Part shown: positions 20,808 through 28,866 of the stretch, one piece after another | Position numbering within the stretch: the stretch's first letter is position 1 | Layout of the letters: every line of letters starts with the position of its first letter | Assembly: GCF_001457615.1 (NCBI RefSeq) | Contig: NZ_LN831024.1 | Location: 3,840,001 to 3,872,000 of the forward strand | Direction: 5' to 3' | From: Pseudomonas aeruginosa | Lineage (GTDB): Bacteria; Pseudomonadota; Gammaproteobacteria; Pseudomonadales; Pseudomonadaceae | DNA length: 32,000 nucleotides | Notes under the pieces: model-generated | Databases searched by the model: none | Seen by the model: only the letters and a program-made list of their open reading frames with translations | Told to the model about the DNA's origin: nothing | Made by a program: the position numbers and the translations under genes

Positions 20808-21734
20808 GTGAGCGCTGACTACCCACGCGACCTGATCGGATACGGCAACAACCCTCCCCACCCTCACTGGCCCGGCGATGCGCGCATCGCCCTGTCCTTC
20901 GTGCTCAATTACGAAGAAGGTGGCGAGCGCTGCGTCCTGCATGGCGACAAGGAGTCCGAGGCGTTCCTTTCCGAGATGGTGGCTGCCCAGCCCTTGCAGG
21001 GCGTGCGCCACATGAGCATGGAATCGCTCTACGAATACGGCAGCCGCGCCGGGGTCTGGCGCCTGCTCAAGCTGTTCAAGCGACGCAACGTGCCGCTCAC
21101 CGTGTTCGCCGTGGCCATGGCGGCGCAGCGCAACCCTGAGGTGATCAGGGCGATGGTCGCCGACGGCCATGAAATCTGCAGCCACGGCTACCGCTGGATC
21201 GACTACCAGTACATGGACGAGGCCCAGGAGCGCGAGCACATGCTCGAAGCCATCCGCATCCTCACCGAACTCACCGGCCAGCGCCCGGTGGGCTGGTACA
21301 CCGGACGCACCGGCCCGAACACCCGGCGCCTGGTGATGGAGGAAGGCGGCTTCCTCTATGACTCCGACACCTACGACGACGACCTGCCCTACTGGGACCC
21401 GGCCAGCACCGCGGAGAAACCGCACCTGGTGATTCCCTATACCCTGGACACCAACGACATGCGCTTCACCCAGGTGCAGGGCTTCAACAATGGCGAGCAG
21501 TTCTTCCAGTACCTGAAGGACGCCTTCGACGTGCTCTACGAAGAAGGCGCGACGGCGCCGAAGATGCTCTCCATCGGCCTGCATTGTCGGTTGATCGGTC
21601 GCCCGGCGCGGATGGCCGCCCTGGAGCGCTTCATCCAGTACGCGCAGAGCCACGACAAGGTCTGGTTCGCCCGCCGCGAAGACATCGCCCGCCATTGGCA
21701 CCGTGAGCATCCTTTCCAGGAGACCGAGGCATGA
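20808..21734 (+). CDS. puuE: Cofactor-independent allantoinase, polysaccharide-deacetylase family (PuuE type)
   Basis: VSADYPRDLIGYGNNPPHPHWPGDARIALSFVLNYEEGGERCVLHGDKESE...GHEICSHGYRWIDYQ...PHLVIPYTLDTNDMRF. GTG start at 20808. Confidence 0.94.
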   Translation: MSADYPRDLIGYGNNPPHPHWPGDARIALSFVLNYEEGGERCVLHGDKESEAFLSEMVAAQPLQGVRHMSMESLYEYGSRAGVWRLLKLFKRRNVPLTVFAVAMAAQRNPEVIRAMVADGHEICSHGYRWIDYQYMDEAQEREHMLEAIRILTELTGQRPVGWYTGRTGPNTRRLVMEEGGFLYDSDTYDDDLPYWDPASTAEKPHLVIPYTLDTNDMRFTQVQGFNNGEQFFQYLKDAFDVLYEEGATAPKMLSIGLHCRLIGRPARMAALERFIQYAQSHDKVWFARREDIARHWHREHPFQETEA

Positions 21735-22246
21735 GCCGTTTCCAGACCCTGACCCCCGCCTCGCTGTCCCGCGAGGCCTTCGTCGAAGCCTTCGCCGACA
21801 TCTACGAACACTCCCCCTGGGTCGCCGAGAAGGCCTATGACCTGGGCATCGACGACAGCCTCAACGATATCGAGGGCCTGCACCAGCGCATGGCCGACAT
21901 TCTCCTGTCGGCAAGCCGCGAGGCCCAGCTGGCGCTGATCAACGCCCACCCGGACCTCGCCGGCAAGGCAGCGATCCGTGGCGAACTGACCGCCTCCAGC
22001 ACCTCCGAGCAGGCCGGCGCCGGGATTCACGAATGCAGCGCCGAGGAGTTCGCCCGCTTCACCGAACTCAACGACGCCTACAAGGCCAGGTTCGGCTTCC
22101 CCTTCATCAAGGCGGTGAAGGGCAGCAACCGCCATCAGATCCTGGCGGCCTTCGAGGAACGCATCCAGCACTCCGCCGACGAGGAGTTCGCTACCGCGCT
22201 GGCCGAGATCAACAAGATCGCCCTGTTCCGCCTGCAGCAGCTCTGA
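21731..22246 (+). CDS. uraD: 2-oxo-4-hydroxy-4-carboxy-5-ureidoimidazoline (OHCU) decarboxylase
   Basis: 171 aa: [20 protein letters not shown]...[16 protein letters not shown]...EQAGAG...[19 protein letters not shown]. It overlaps the puuE stop by 4 nt. Confidence 0.95.
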   Translation: MSRFQTLTPASLSREAFVEAFADIYEHSPWVAEKAYDLGIDDSLNDIEGLHQRMADILLSASREAQLALINAHPDLAGKAAIRGELTASSTSEQAGAGIHECSAEEFARFTELNDAYKARFGFPFIKAVKGSNRHQILAAFEERIQHSADEEFATALAEINKIALFRLQQL

Positions 22247-22263
22247 GGCCTGCGGATACGAGC

Positions 22264-23262
22264 ATGAACGCCGAACACTCGCCCTTCCGCCACTACCTCG
22301 ACCTCGCCGACGCACGCCTGGGCAGCCAGGTGGTCGCCGTCAGCGACGAATGGTTCGCCCCGGCCAGCCGCATGCTGCAGGCCGGCGAACCGGTGTGGAA
22401 GGAAGGCGTGTTCGACGACAGCGGCAAGTGGATGGACGGCTGGGAAACCCGCCGCAAGCGCTTCGAGGGCCATGACCAGGCGGTGATCCGCCTGGGTGTG
22501 CCGGGCGTGCTGAAGGGCGTCGACATCGACACCCGCTTCTTCACCGGCAACCATCCGCCGGCGGCTTCCCTGGATGGCTGCTTCTGCGCCGAAGGCGACC
22601 CGGACGACAGCACGTCCTGGAGCGAAGTGCTGCCGGCGGTGGCGCTGCAGGGCGATAGCCATCACTACCACCCGATAGACGACGAACGTCCCTGGACCCA
22701 CCTGCGCCTGAACATCTACCCGGACGGCGGTATCGCCCGCCTGCGCCTCTATGGCGTGCCCTACCGCGACTGGAGCAGCCAGCCGCCGGGAACGGCGCTC
22801 GACCTGGCCGCAGCGGTCAACGGCGGCCGGGCGCTGGCCTGTTCCGACCAGCATTTCGGACGCATGGGCAACCTGCTCAACCCCGGACGTGCCATCAACA
22901 TGGGCGACGGCTGGGAAACCGGCCGCCGCCGCACGCCGGGCCACGACTGGGTGATCGTCGCCCTCGGCCATCCCGGCAGCATCGAGGCGGCGGTCGTCGA
23001 TACCTTGCACTTCAAGGGCAACTATCCGGAAAGCTGCAGCATCCAGGCCGCCTTCGTGGAAGGCGGGAACGAGGCCCGGATCGAGGCGCAGAGCCTCTTC
23101 TGGCGCGAGCTGCTGCCAGCGCAGAAGCTGGAAATGCACCAGGAACATCGGTTCGAGCGGCACCTCAACGCCCTCGGCCCGATCACCCATGTACGCCTGA
23201 ACATCTTTCCCGACGGCGGCGTCAGCCGCCTGCGCCTGTTCGGCAGGCCACAATTACCGTGA
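22264..23262 (+). CDS. alc: Allantoicase
   Basis: 332 aa with two homologous halves: [46 protein letters not shown] and [44 protein letters not shown]. Confidence 0.95.
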   Translation: MNAEHSPFRHYLDLADARLGSQVVAVSDEWFAPASRMLQAGEPVWKEGVFDDSGKWMDGWETRRKRFEGHDQAVIRLGVPGVLKGVDIDTRFFTGNHPPAASLDGCFCAEGDPDDSTSWSEVLPAVALQGDSHHYHPIDDERPWTHLRLNIYPDGGIARLRLYGVPYRDWSSQPPGTALDLAAAVNGGRALACSDQHFGRMGNLLNPGRAINMGDGWETGRRRTPGHDWVIVALGHPGSIEAAVVDTLHFKGNYPESCSIQAAFVEGGNEARIEAQSLFWRELLPAQKLEMHQEHRFERHLNALGPITHVRLNIFPDGGVSRLRLFGRPQLP

Positions 23263-23316
23263 GACCCGGGCCCCGCGTGCGTCCGGAATACAACAAACAG
23301 AATCGACAGGATCAGT

Positions 23317-23826
23317 ATGCGCACTCTCAAGATCGAGCCGTTGACCAAGGAAGCCTTCGCCCCGTTCGGTGACGTGATCGAAACCGCCGGCAGCGACTAT
23401 TTCATGATCAACAACGGCTCCACCCGCCGTTATCACAAGCTGGCCACGGTCGAGACCGCGCAGCCGGAAGATAACGCGATCATCAGCATCTTCAGCGCCG
23501 AGAAGCTGGAAATGCCGTTGCGCATCCGCATGCTGGAACGCCATCCGCTGGGCAGCCAGGCCTTCATCCCGCTGCTCGGCAACCCCTTTCTGGTCGTGGT
23601 CGCGCCACTTGGCGATGTACCTGTACCGGGCCTCGTCCGCGCCTTCCTGACCAACGGAAGGCAGGGCGTCAATTACCACCGCGGCGTCTGGCACCATCCG
23701 GTGCTGACGATCGAAAAGCGGGATGACTTCCTGGTGGTCGATCGCAGCGGTTCCGGGAACAACTGCGACGAGCATTTCTTCACCGAGGACGAACAGCTCC
23801 TCCTCGACCCCCAATCAAACCAATAA
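23317..23826 (+). CDS. allA: Ureidoglycolate lyase (formerly ureidoglycolate hydrolase)
   Basis: 169 aa: MRTLKIEPLTKEAFAPFGDVIE...INNGSTRRYHKLA...LERHPLGSQAFIPL...VNYHRGVWHHPVLTI. Confidence 0.95.
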   Translation: MRTLKIEPLTKEAFAPFGDVIETAGSDYFMINNGSTRRYHKLATVETAQPEDNAIISIFSAEKLEMPLRIRMLERHPLGSQAFIPLLGNPFLVVVAPLGDVPVPGLVRAFLTNGRQGVNYHRGVWHHPVLTIEKRDDFLVVDRSGSGNNCDEHFFTEDEQLLLDPQSNQ

Positions 23827-23874
23827 GAGAGGTCCTGCCGCCGGTCCGCCGGCCAGGGCAAGAGGTACAAGACT

Positions 23875-25152
23875 GTGGAAGCACATCTCATCGAATGGCT
23901 GAACCTGCTGGTGCGCTGGATTCACATGATCGTCGGGATCGCGTGGATCGGCGCTTCGTTCTATTTCGTCTGGCTGGAGAACAACCTCAACCGCAGCAAC
24001 CCGCGTGAAGGCCTGTCCGGAGACCTCTGGGCAATCCACGGTGGCGGCATCTACCACCTGGAGAAGTACAAGCTGGCTCCGCCGAAAATGCCGGAGAACC
24101 TGCACTGGTTCAAATGGGAGGCCTACTCCACCTGGATGTCCGGGGTGGTGTTGCTGACCATCGTGTTCTACCTGAACCCGACCCTCTACCTGATCGCCCC
24201 CGGCAGCGACCTGGCGCCGGCGGCGGCCATCGCCATCGGCATCGGCTCGCTGGTCTGCGGCTGGTTCGTCTACACCATCCTCTGCGATTCGGCGCTGGGC
24301 AAGACCCCTGCCCTGCTCGGCCTGGTCCTGTTCGTCCTGCTGGTCGCCGCCGCCTACGGCCTGACCCAGGTGTTCAGCGGCCGCGGCGCCTACCTGCACG
24401 TCGGCGCGATCATCGGCACCATCATGGTCGGCAACGTGTTCAGGGTGATCATGCCGGCCCAGCGCGCGCTGGTGAAAGCCATCGAAGAAAACCGCGAGCC
24501 CGATCCGGTGCTGCCGGCCAAGGGCCTGCTGCGCTCCCGGCACAACAACTACTTCACCCTGCCGGTGCTGTTCATCATGATCAGCAACCACTTCCCGAGC
24601 ACCTACGGCAGCCAGTACAACTGGCTGATCCTGGCCGCCATCGCGGTGCTCGCGGTACTGGTACGCCACTACTTCAACACCCGCCACGAAAGCAACCGCT
24701 TCGCCTGGGCCCTGCCCGCCGGCGCGCTGGGCATGATCGCCCTGGCCTTCGTCACCACGCCGAACTACCAGCAGGCTTCCGCGCCGCTGGCCAGCGCCCC
24801 GGCGGCGGCACCGGCACAACCGGCGACCGGCGGCGACGCACCAGCCGCGCCCGCCGCGACCCTGGCCTCCAATGCCGGGGCCGCGAGCGGAGCCGACTTC
24901 GACAAGGTCCATCACGTGATCCAGGAGCGCTGCACCGTCTGCCACTCGGCGAAACCGACCAGCCAGCTGTTCAGCACCGCGCCAGGCGGGATCATGCTCG
25001 ACACCCCGCAGCAGATCCAGCAACTGGCACCGAAGATCCAGGCCCAGGCCGTGGCCTCGCAGATCATGCCGCTGGGCAACATCACGCAGATGACCCAGGA
25101 AGAACGCAACCTGATCGGCAGCTGGATCGCCAAGGGCGCACAGATCAACTGA
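23875..25152 (+). CDS. puuD: PuuD-like urate-oxidising membrane protein with C-terminal cytochrome c domain
   Basis: 425 aa: EAHLIEWLNLLVRWIHMIVGIAWIGASFYFVWLENNL, multiple transmembrane segments, Ala/Pro linker, then CTVCHS (heme c motif, 24931-24945) and MTQEERNLIGSWIAKGAQ. Confidence 0.9.
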   Translation: MEAHLIEWLNLLVRWIHMIVGIAWIGASFYFVWLENNLNRSNPREGLSGDLWAIHGGGIYHLEKYKLAPPKMPENLHWFKWEAYSTWMSGVVLLTIVFYLNPTLYLIAPGSDLAPAAAIAIGIGSLVCGWFVYTILCDSALGKTPALLGLVLFVLLVAAAYGLTQVFSGRGAYLHVGAIIGTIMVGNVFRVIMPAQRALVKAIEENREPDPVLPAKGLLRSRHNNYFTLPVLFIMISNHFPSTYGSQYNWLILAAIAVLAVLVRHYFNTRHESNRFAWALPAGALGMIALAFVTTPNYQQASAPLASAPAAAPAQPATGGDAPAAPAATLASNAGAASGADFDKVHHVIQERCTVCHSAKPTSQLFSTAPGGIMLDTPQQIQQLAPKIQAQAVASQIMPLGNITQMTQEERNLIGSWIAKGAQIN

Positions 25153-25221
25153 GCCTTGGCCGAAAGGCTAAGAACCGCACCTCCGGTTCCCCGCAGCAGA
25201 ACAACCCTGCTGGCCCTACCC

Positions 25222-25251
25222 CAAAAGCCCTCTCCATAGAGGGCTTTTGGC
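25222..25251. terminator. Bidirectional Rho-independent terminator after the urate-degradation operon
   Basis: CCAAAAGCCCTCT-CCAT-AGAGGGCTTTTGG, 13-bp perfect stem. Confidence 0.9.
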
Positions 25252-25440
25252 CATAACTCGCCATATCTTTCAGCCCCCAACCTCTCCGATAACTCACTTT
25301 CCTTCACCCTGGGCCGATGGAACGAAACCGTGCGGCGCTATCTTCGCCTACCTTGCCAATGAAGAACTGTGCAACTTTTTGGTTGATAACGTTGTGGATA
25401 GAACGCTAGGGAACAAATACCCAAAGGGCTCCGAGAGAGT

Positions 25441-25477
25441 GCGCAACTTTTTGCAAGCGGTGCGCAAAAAGTTGCGC
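25441..25477. promoter_or_regulatory. Long perfect inverted repeat upstream of hcp, candidate enhancer/activator site
   Basis: GCGCAACTTTTTGC (25441-25454), 9-nt spacer, GCAAAAAGTTGCGC (25464-25477). A further half-site GTGCAACTTTTT lies at 25369-25380. Confidence 0.55.
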
Positions 25478-25564
25478 AATTTTCAGTGTTCTTCCCATGA
25501 GAATCGCCAGCGAATTTTTGGTTTCCCCCAATAACGCCTTGATGGAAAAGAGTTTCAAGACCAG

Positions 25565-25579
25565 TGGCACAGTTCTTGT
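25565..25579 (+). promoter_or_regulatory. Sigma54 (RpoN) promoter candidate for hcp
   Basis: TGGCAC-AGTTC-TTGT matches the -24/-12 consensus TGGCACRN4TTGC with correct spacing, about 58 nt upstream of the hcp ATG. Confidence 0.75.
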
Positions 25580-25637
25580 CTAGCACCGGTGACCCCGGCA
25601 TATCGCCTGGGCACTTTCAACGACAAGGAACGTATCC

Positions 25638-26156
25638 ATGGCAACCCCCGCCTATATGTCCATCACCGGCACCAAGCAGGGCCTGATCACCGCCGGCGCC
25701 TTCACCGAGGACTCGGTCGGCAACACCTATCAGGAAGGCCACGAGGACCAGGTGATGGTCCAGGGCTTCAACCACGAAGTGATCATCCCGCGCGACCCGC
25801 AGTCCGGCCAGCCGACCGGCCAGCGCGTGCACAAGCCGGTGGTCATCACCAAGGTCTTCGACAAGGCCTCGCCGCTGCTGCTGGCCGCCCTGACCTCCGG
25901 CGAGCGCCTGACCAAGGTCGAGATCCAGTGGTACCGCACCTCCGCCGCCGGCACCCAGGAGCACTACTACACCACCGTCCTGGAAGACGCGATCATCGTC
26001 GACATCAAGGACTACATGCACAACTGCCAGGACCCGGGCAACGCCCACTTCACCCACCTGGAAGACGTGCACTTCACCTACCGCAAGATCACCTGGACCC
26101 ACGAAGTCTCCGGCACCTCCGGCTCCGACGACTGGCGCTCGCCGGTCGCAGGGTGA
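25638..26156 (+). CDS. hcpA: Type VI secretion tube protein Hcp (Hcp2 type)
   Basis: 172 aa: MATPAYMSITGTKQGLITAGAFTEDSVGNTYQEGHEDQVMVQGFNHEVIIPRDPQSGQPTGQRVHKPVVITKVFDKASP. The hcpA symbol comes from the recalled neighbourhood. Confidence 0.96.
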   Translation: MATPAYMSITGTKQGLITAGAFTEDSVGNTYQEGHEDQVMVQGFNHEVIIPRDPQSGQPTGQRVHKPVVITKVFDKASPLLLAALTSGERLTKVEIQWYRTSAAGTQEHYYTTVLEDAIIVDIKDYMHNCQDPGNAHFTHLEDVHFTYRKITWTHEVSGTSGSDDWRSPVAG

Positions 26157-26337
26157 GTTGACAGGCACACCGGTCGTACACCTGTGCGATCGGTTCTCCG
26201 TCGAGCCGAAAATGTCCGCTACTTCGCGAAATCGACACAGAGCCAAGACTTTCGGCAGCGGCTGAGCAAGAGTAACGTGGGGCTCGCTTCTCCAACGGAT
26301 GGGGGAGGAACCGCCCGCCAGGAACAAGGAACGATCC

Positions 26338-28866
26338 ATGCGTCAAAGGGACCTGAAATTCACCTTCGTCGTCGGCGAAGGGAAACTCGCGTTCGATGTC
26401 GTCGAGTTCGAACTGGAAGAAGCGCTCTGCGAGCCTTTCCGCCTGAGCCTGAAGCTGGCCAGCGACAAGAACGCCATCGATTTCAAGCAGGTACTCGACC
26501 AGCCGGGCACCTTCACCCTCTGGCAGGACGGCCGTCCGGCCCGCTACGTCCATGGCATCGTCAGCCACTTCACCCAAGGCAGCTCGGGTTTTCGCCGGAC
26601 CCGCTACGAACTGCTGCTGGAACCACAGTTGGCGCGCCTGGAGCTGTGCTGCAACTGGCGGATCTTCCAGGAGAAGAGTGTTCCGGAGATTCTCCAGGCG
26701 CTGCTCAAGGAGCACCGGGTGCTCGACTACGAACAGCGTATCTACCACGAGCACCTGCCACGCGAATACTGCGTGCAGGCCGGCGACAGCGATCACTACC
26801 TGCACGACCGGCTGGCCTTCGAGGAAGGCCTGGTCTACTACTTCCGCTTCGACGAACACCGCCACACCCTGGTCTGCAGCGACCGGCTCTACGTCCAGGA
26901 GCGTATCGCCGGCGGCCCGGTGCTGTTCAGCGCCCAGCCGGAGGGCGACAACCCGCAGCCGGTGCTTCATTCTTTCCGCTACAGCGAAAATGTTCGTACG
27001 GCTCGACAGACCCAGCGGGACTACAGCTTCAAGCGCCCGACCTACGACCAGGAGCATCATCTCGCTGGCGAGGCGCTCGAGCATCAGGACTCGTCCTACG
27101 AGCGCTACGACTACCCCGGTCGCTACAAGCGGAGCGGCGCGGGCCGGCCTTTCAGCGAAAGCCGCCTCAGAGGACATCGGCGCGATGCACGGGTGGCATC
27201 GGTCAGCGGCGACGACCCACGGCTGATCCCGGGCCACGCCTTTGCCCTGGAAGGTCATCCGCGTGCCGACTTCAACGCCTGGTGGCGGCCGGTGCGGGTG
27301 GTCCATCGCGGCACCCAGTATGCCGGCCAGGAGGAAGAGTCCGCCGACGCCCCTCTGGGGGTGAGCTACGACCTGCGCGCCGAACTGGTACCCGAGGACG
27401 TCGAATGGCGTCCCGCACCGCTGCCTCGGCCGCGTATCGATGGTCCGCAGATCGCGACGGTAGTCGGCCCGGCAGGGGAAGAGATCCATTGCGACGAGTG
27501 GGGACGGGTGAAGGTCCAGTTCCCCTGGGATCGCGAGGGACGTCACGATGAATTCAGTACCTGCTGGATACGGGTCGCGCAGAACTGGGCAGGTGCCGAC
27601 TGGGGGCACATGGCGATCCCGCGGATTGGCCAGGAGGTGATCGTCGATTACCTGGACGGCGACTGCGACCAGCCGATCGTCACCGGGCGCACCTACCGGG
27701 CGACCAACCGACCGCCCTACGCGCTGCCCGACCACAAGATCCTCAGCACCATCAAGAGCAAGGAGTACAAGGGCAGTCGGGCCAACGAGCTGCGCATCGA
27801 CGACACCACGGCGCAGATCAGTGCGGCGCTGATGAGCGACCACGGTGCCAGCGCGCTGCACCTGGGCTACCTGACCCATCCCCGGCCCGAAGGCGGCAAG
27901 CCGCGCGGCGAGGGCTTCGAACTGCGCACCGACGAACATGGCGCGGTGCGTGCGGCCAAGGGGCTGCTGCTGAGCACCGAGGAGCAGCTCAGGGCCGGCG
28001 CCGGCCATCTCGACCGAGGCGTCGTGGTGCAGGTGCTGGAGGCCGCGCTGGAGCTGGCCCGCGAGCTGGGCGACTACGCCGGGGAGCACCAGGGCGTGGG
28101 GCACGACGCGGCGCCGCAGCAAACCCTCCAGGAAGCCGTGCGCGACCTCGGCCACGGTGCCAACGACGAGTCCGGCAAGAGCAACGGAGGCAAGCCGGCG
28201 ATCGCCTTGAGCGGTCCGGCAGGGATCGCCGCGGCGACGCCGGCGAGCCTGACCCTGGCCGCCGGCGAGCACGTCGACAGCGTGGCCCGGCAGAACCAGC
28301 AGGTGACCGCCGGGCAGAAGGTGGTGATCAACGCCGGCAGCGACATCGGCCTGTTCGCCCAGGGCGGCGAGCTGCGCCAGATCACCCACCAGGGCCCGAT
28401 GCTGCTGCAGGCGCAGAAGAACGACATCCGCCTGGAAGCCGAGCAGAGCGTGGAGGTCAGCGCCAGCCAGCAGCACGTGCTGGTCACCGCGAAGGAGCAC
28501 ATCACCCTGATGTGCGGCGGCGCCTACCTGACCCTCAAGGGCGGCAACATCGAGCTGGGCATGCCCGGCAACTTCGTGGTCAAGGCGGCGAAGCACAGTC
28601 ATGTCGGTCCCGCTCATGCATCGACCAGCTTCAACGCCTGGGATTCGACACCGTTCGATGACCGGTATGTCCTGCGCGACGAAGCCACGCTGGAGCCGTT
28701 ACCCAATATCGCCGTTGAAGTGATACGAGGCGATGGTGGTGTGGTGAAACTGATGACCGACAGCCAGGGCCGTTTACCCAAGCAACAACACCTGGCCATG
28801 GACCCGGTGCAGATACGCATCCTGGGCAAGGGCAGTCACAACAGCGACACGGAGTCCAACACATGA
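26338..28866 (+). CDS. vgrG2a: Type VI secretion spike protein VgrG with C-terminal transthyretin-like extension
   Basis: 842 aa: MRQRDLKFTFVVGEGKLAFDVVEFELEEALCEPFRLSLKLAS...YHEHLPREYCVQAGDSDHYLHDRLAFEEGLVYYF...RVKVQFPWDREG...MGNLA-like needle, DUF2345 region (HITLMCGGAYLTLKGGNIELGMPG), then a TTR-like tail. The start is inferred at 26338 within track ORF 26299..28866. Confidence 0.95.
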   Translation: MRQRDLKFTFVVGEGKLAFDVVEFELEEALCEPFRLSLKLASDKNAIDFKQVLDQPGTFTLWQDGRPARYVHGIVSHFTQGSSGFRRTRYELLLEPQLARLELCCNWRIFQEKSVPEILQALLKEHRVLDYEQRIYHEHLPREYCVQAGDSDHYLHDRLAFEEGLVYYFRFDEHRHTLVCSDRLYVQERIAGGPVLFSAQPEGDNPQPVLHSFRYSENVRTARQTQRDYSFKRPTYDQEHHLAGEALEHQDSSYERYDYPGRYKRSGAGRPFSESRLRGHRRDARVASVSGDDPRLIPGHAFALEGHPRADFNAWWRPVRVVHRGTQYAGQEEESADAPLGVSYDLRAELVPEDVEWRPAPLPRPRIDGPQIATVVGPAGEEIHCDEWGRVKVQFPWDREGRHDEFSTCWIRVAQNWAGADWGHMAIPRIGQEVIVDYLDGDCDQPIVTGRTYRATNRPPYALPDHKILSTIKSKEYKGSRANELRIDDTTAQISAALMSDHGASALHLGYLTHPRPEGGKPRGEGFELRTDEHGAVRAAKGLLLSTEEQLRAGAGHLDRGVVVQVLEAALELARELGDYAGEHQGVGHDAAPQQTLQEAVRDLGHGANDESGKSNGGKPAIALSGPAGIAAATPASLTLAAGEHVDSVARQNQQVTAGQKVVINAGSDIGLFAQGGELRQITHQGPMLLQAQKNDIRLEAEQSVEVSASQQHVLVTAKEHITLMCGGAYLTLKGGNIELGMPGNFVVKAAKHSHVGPAHASTSFNAWDSTPFDDRYVLRDEATLEPLPNIAVEVIRGDGGVVKLMTDSQGRLPKQQHLAMDPVQIRILGKGSHNSDTESNT

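Noticed and set aside
23815-25023. 402-aa minus-strand ORF opposite puuD-like gene as a possible separate protein
   Set aside because: Antisense of transmembrane segments and the Ala/Pro linker, and lacks recognisable features.
25247-25601. Short ORFs (95 aa on +, 87 aa on -) in the spacer upstream of hcp
   Set aside because: No convincing ribosome-binding context or homology. They cover the inverted repeat and sigma54 promoter, so a regulatory reading is more economical.
26089-28617. 842-aa minus-strand ORF opposite vgrG
   Set aside because: Shadow ORF. The plus strand carries canonical VgrG sequence and no family motifs are seen in the antisense product.
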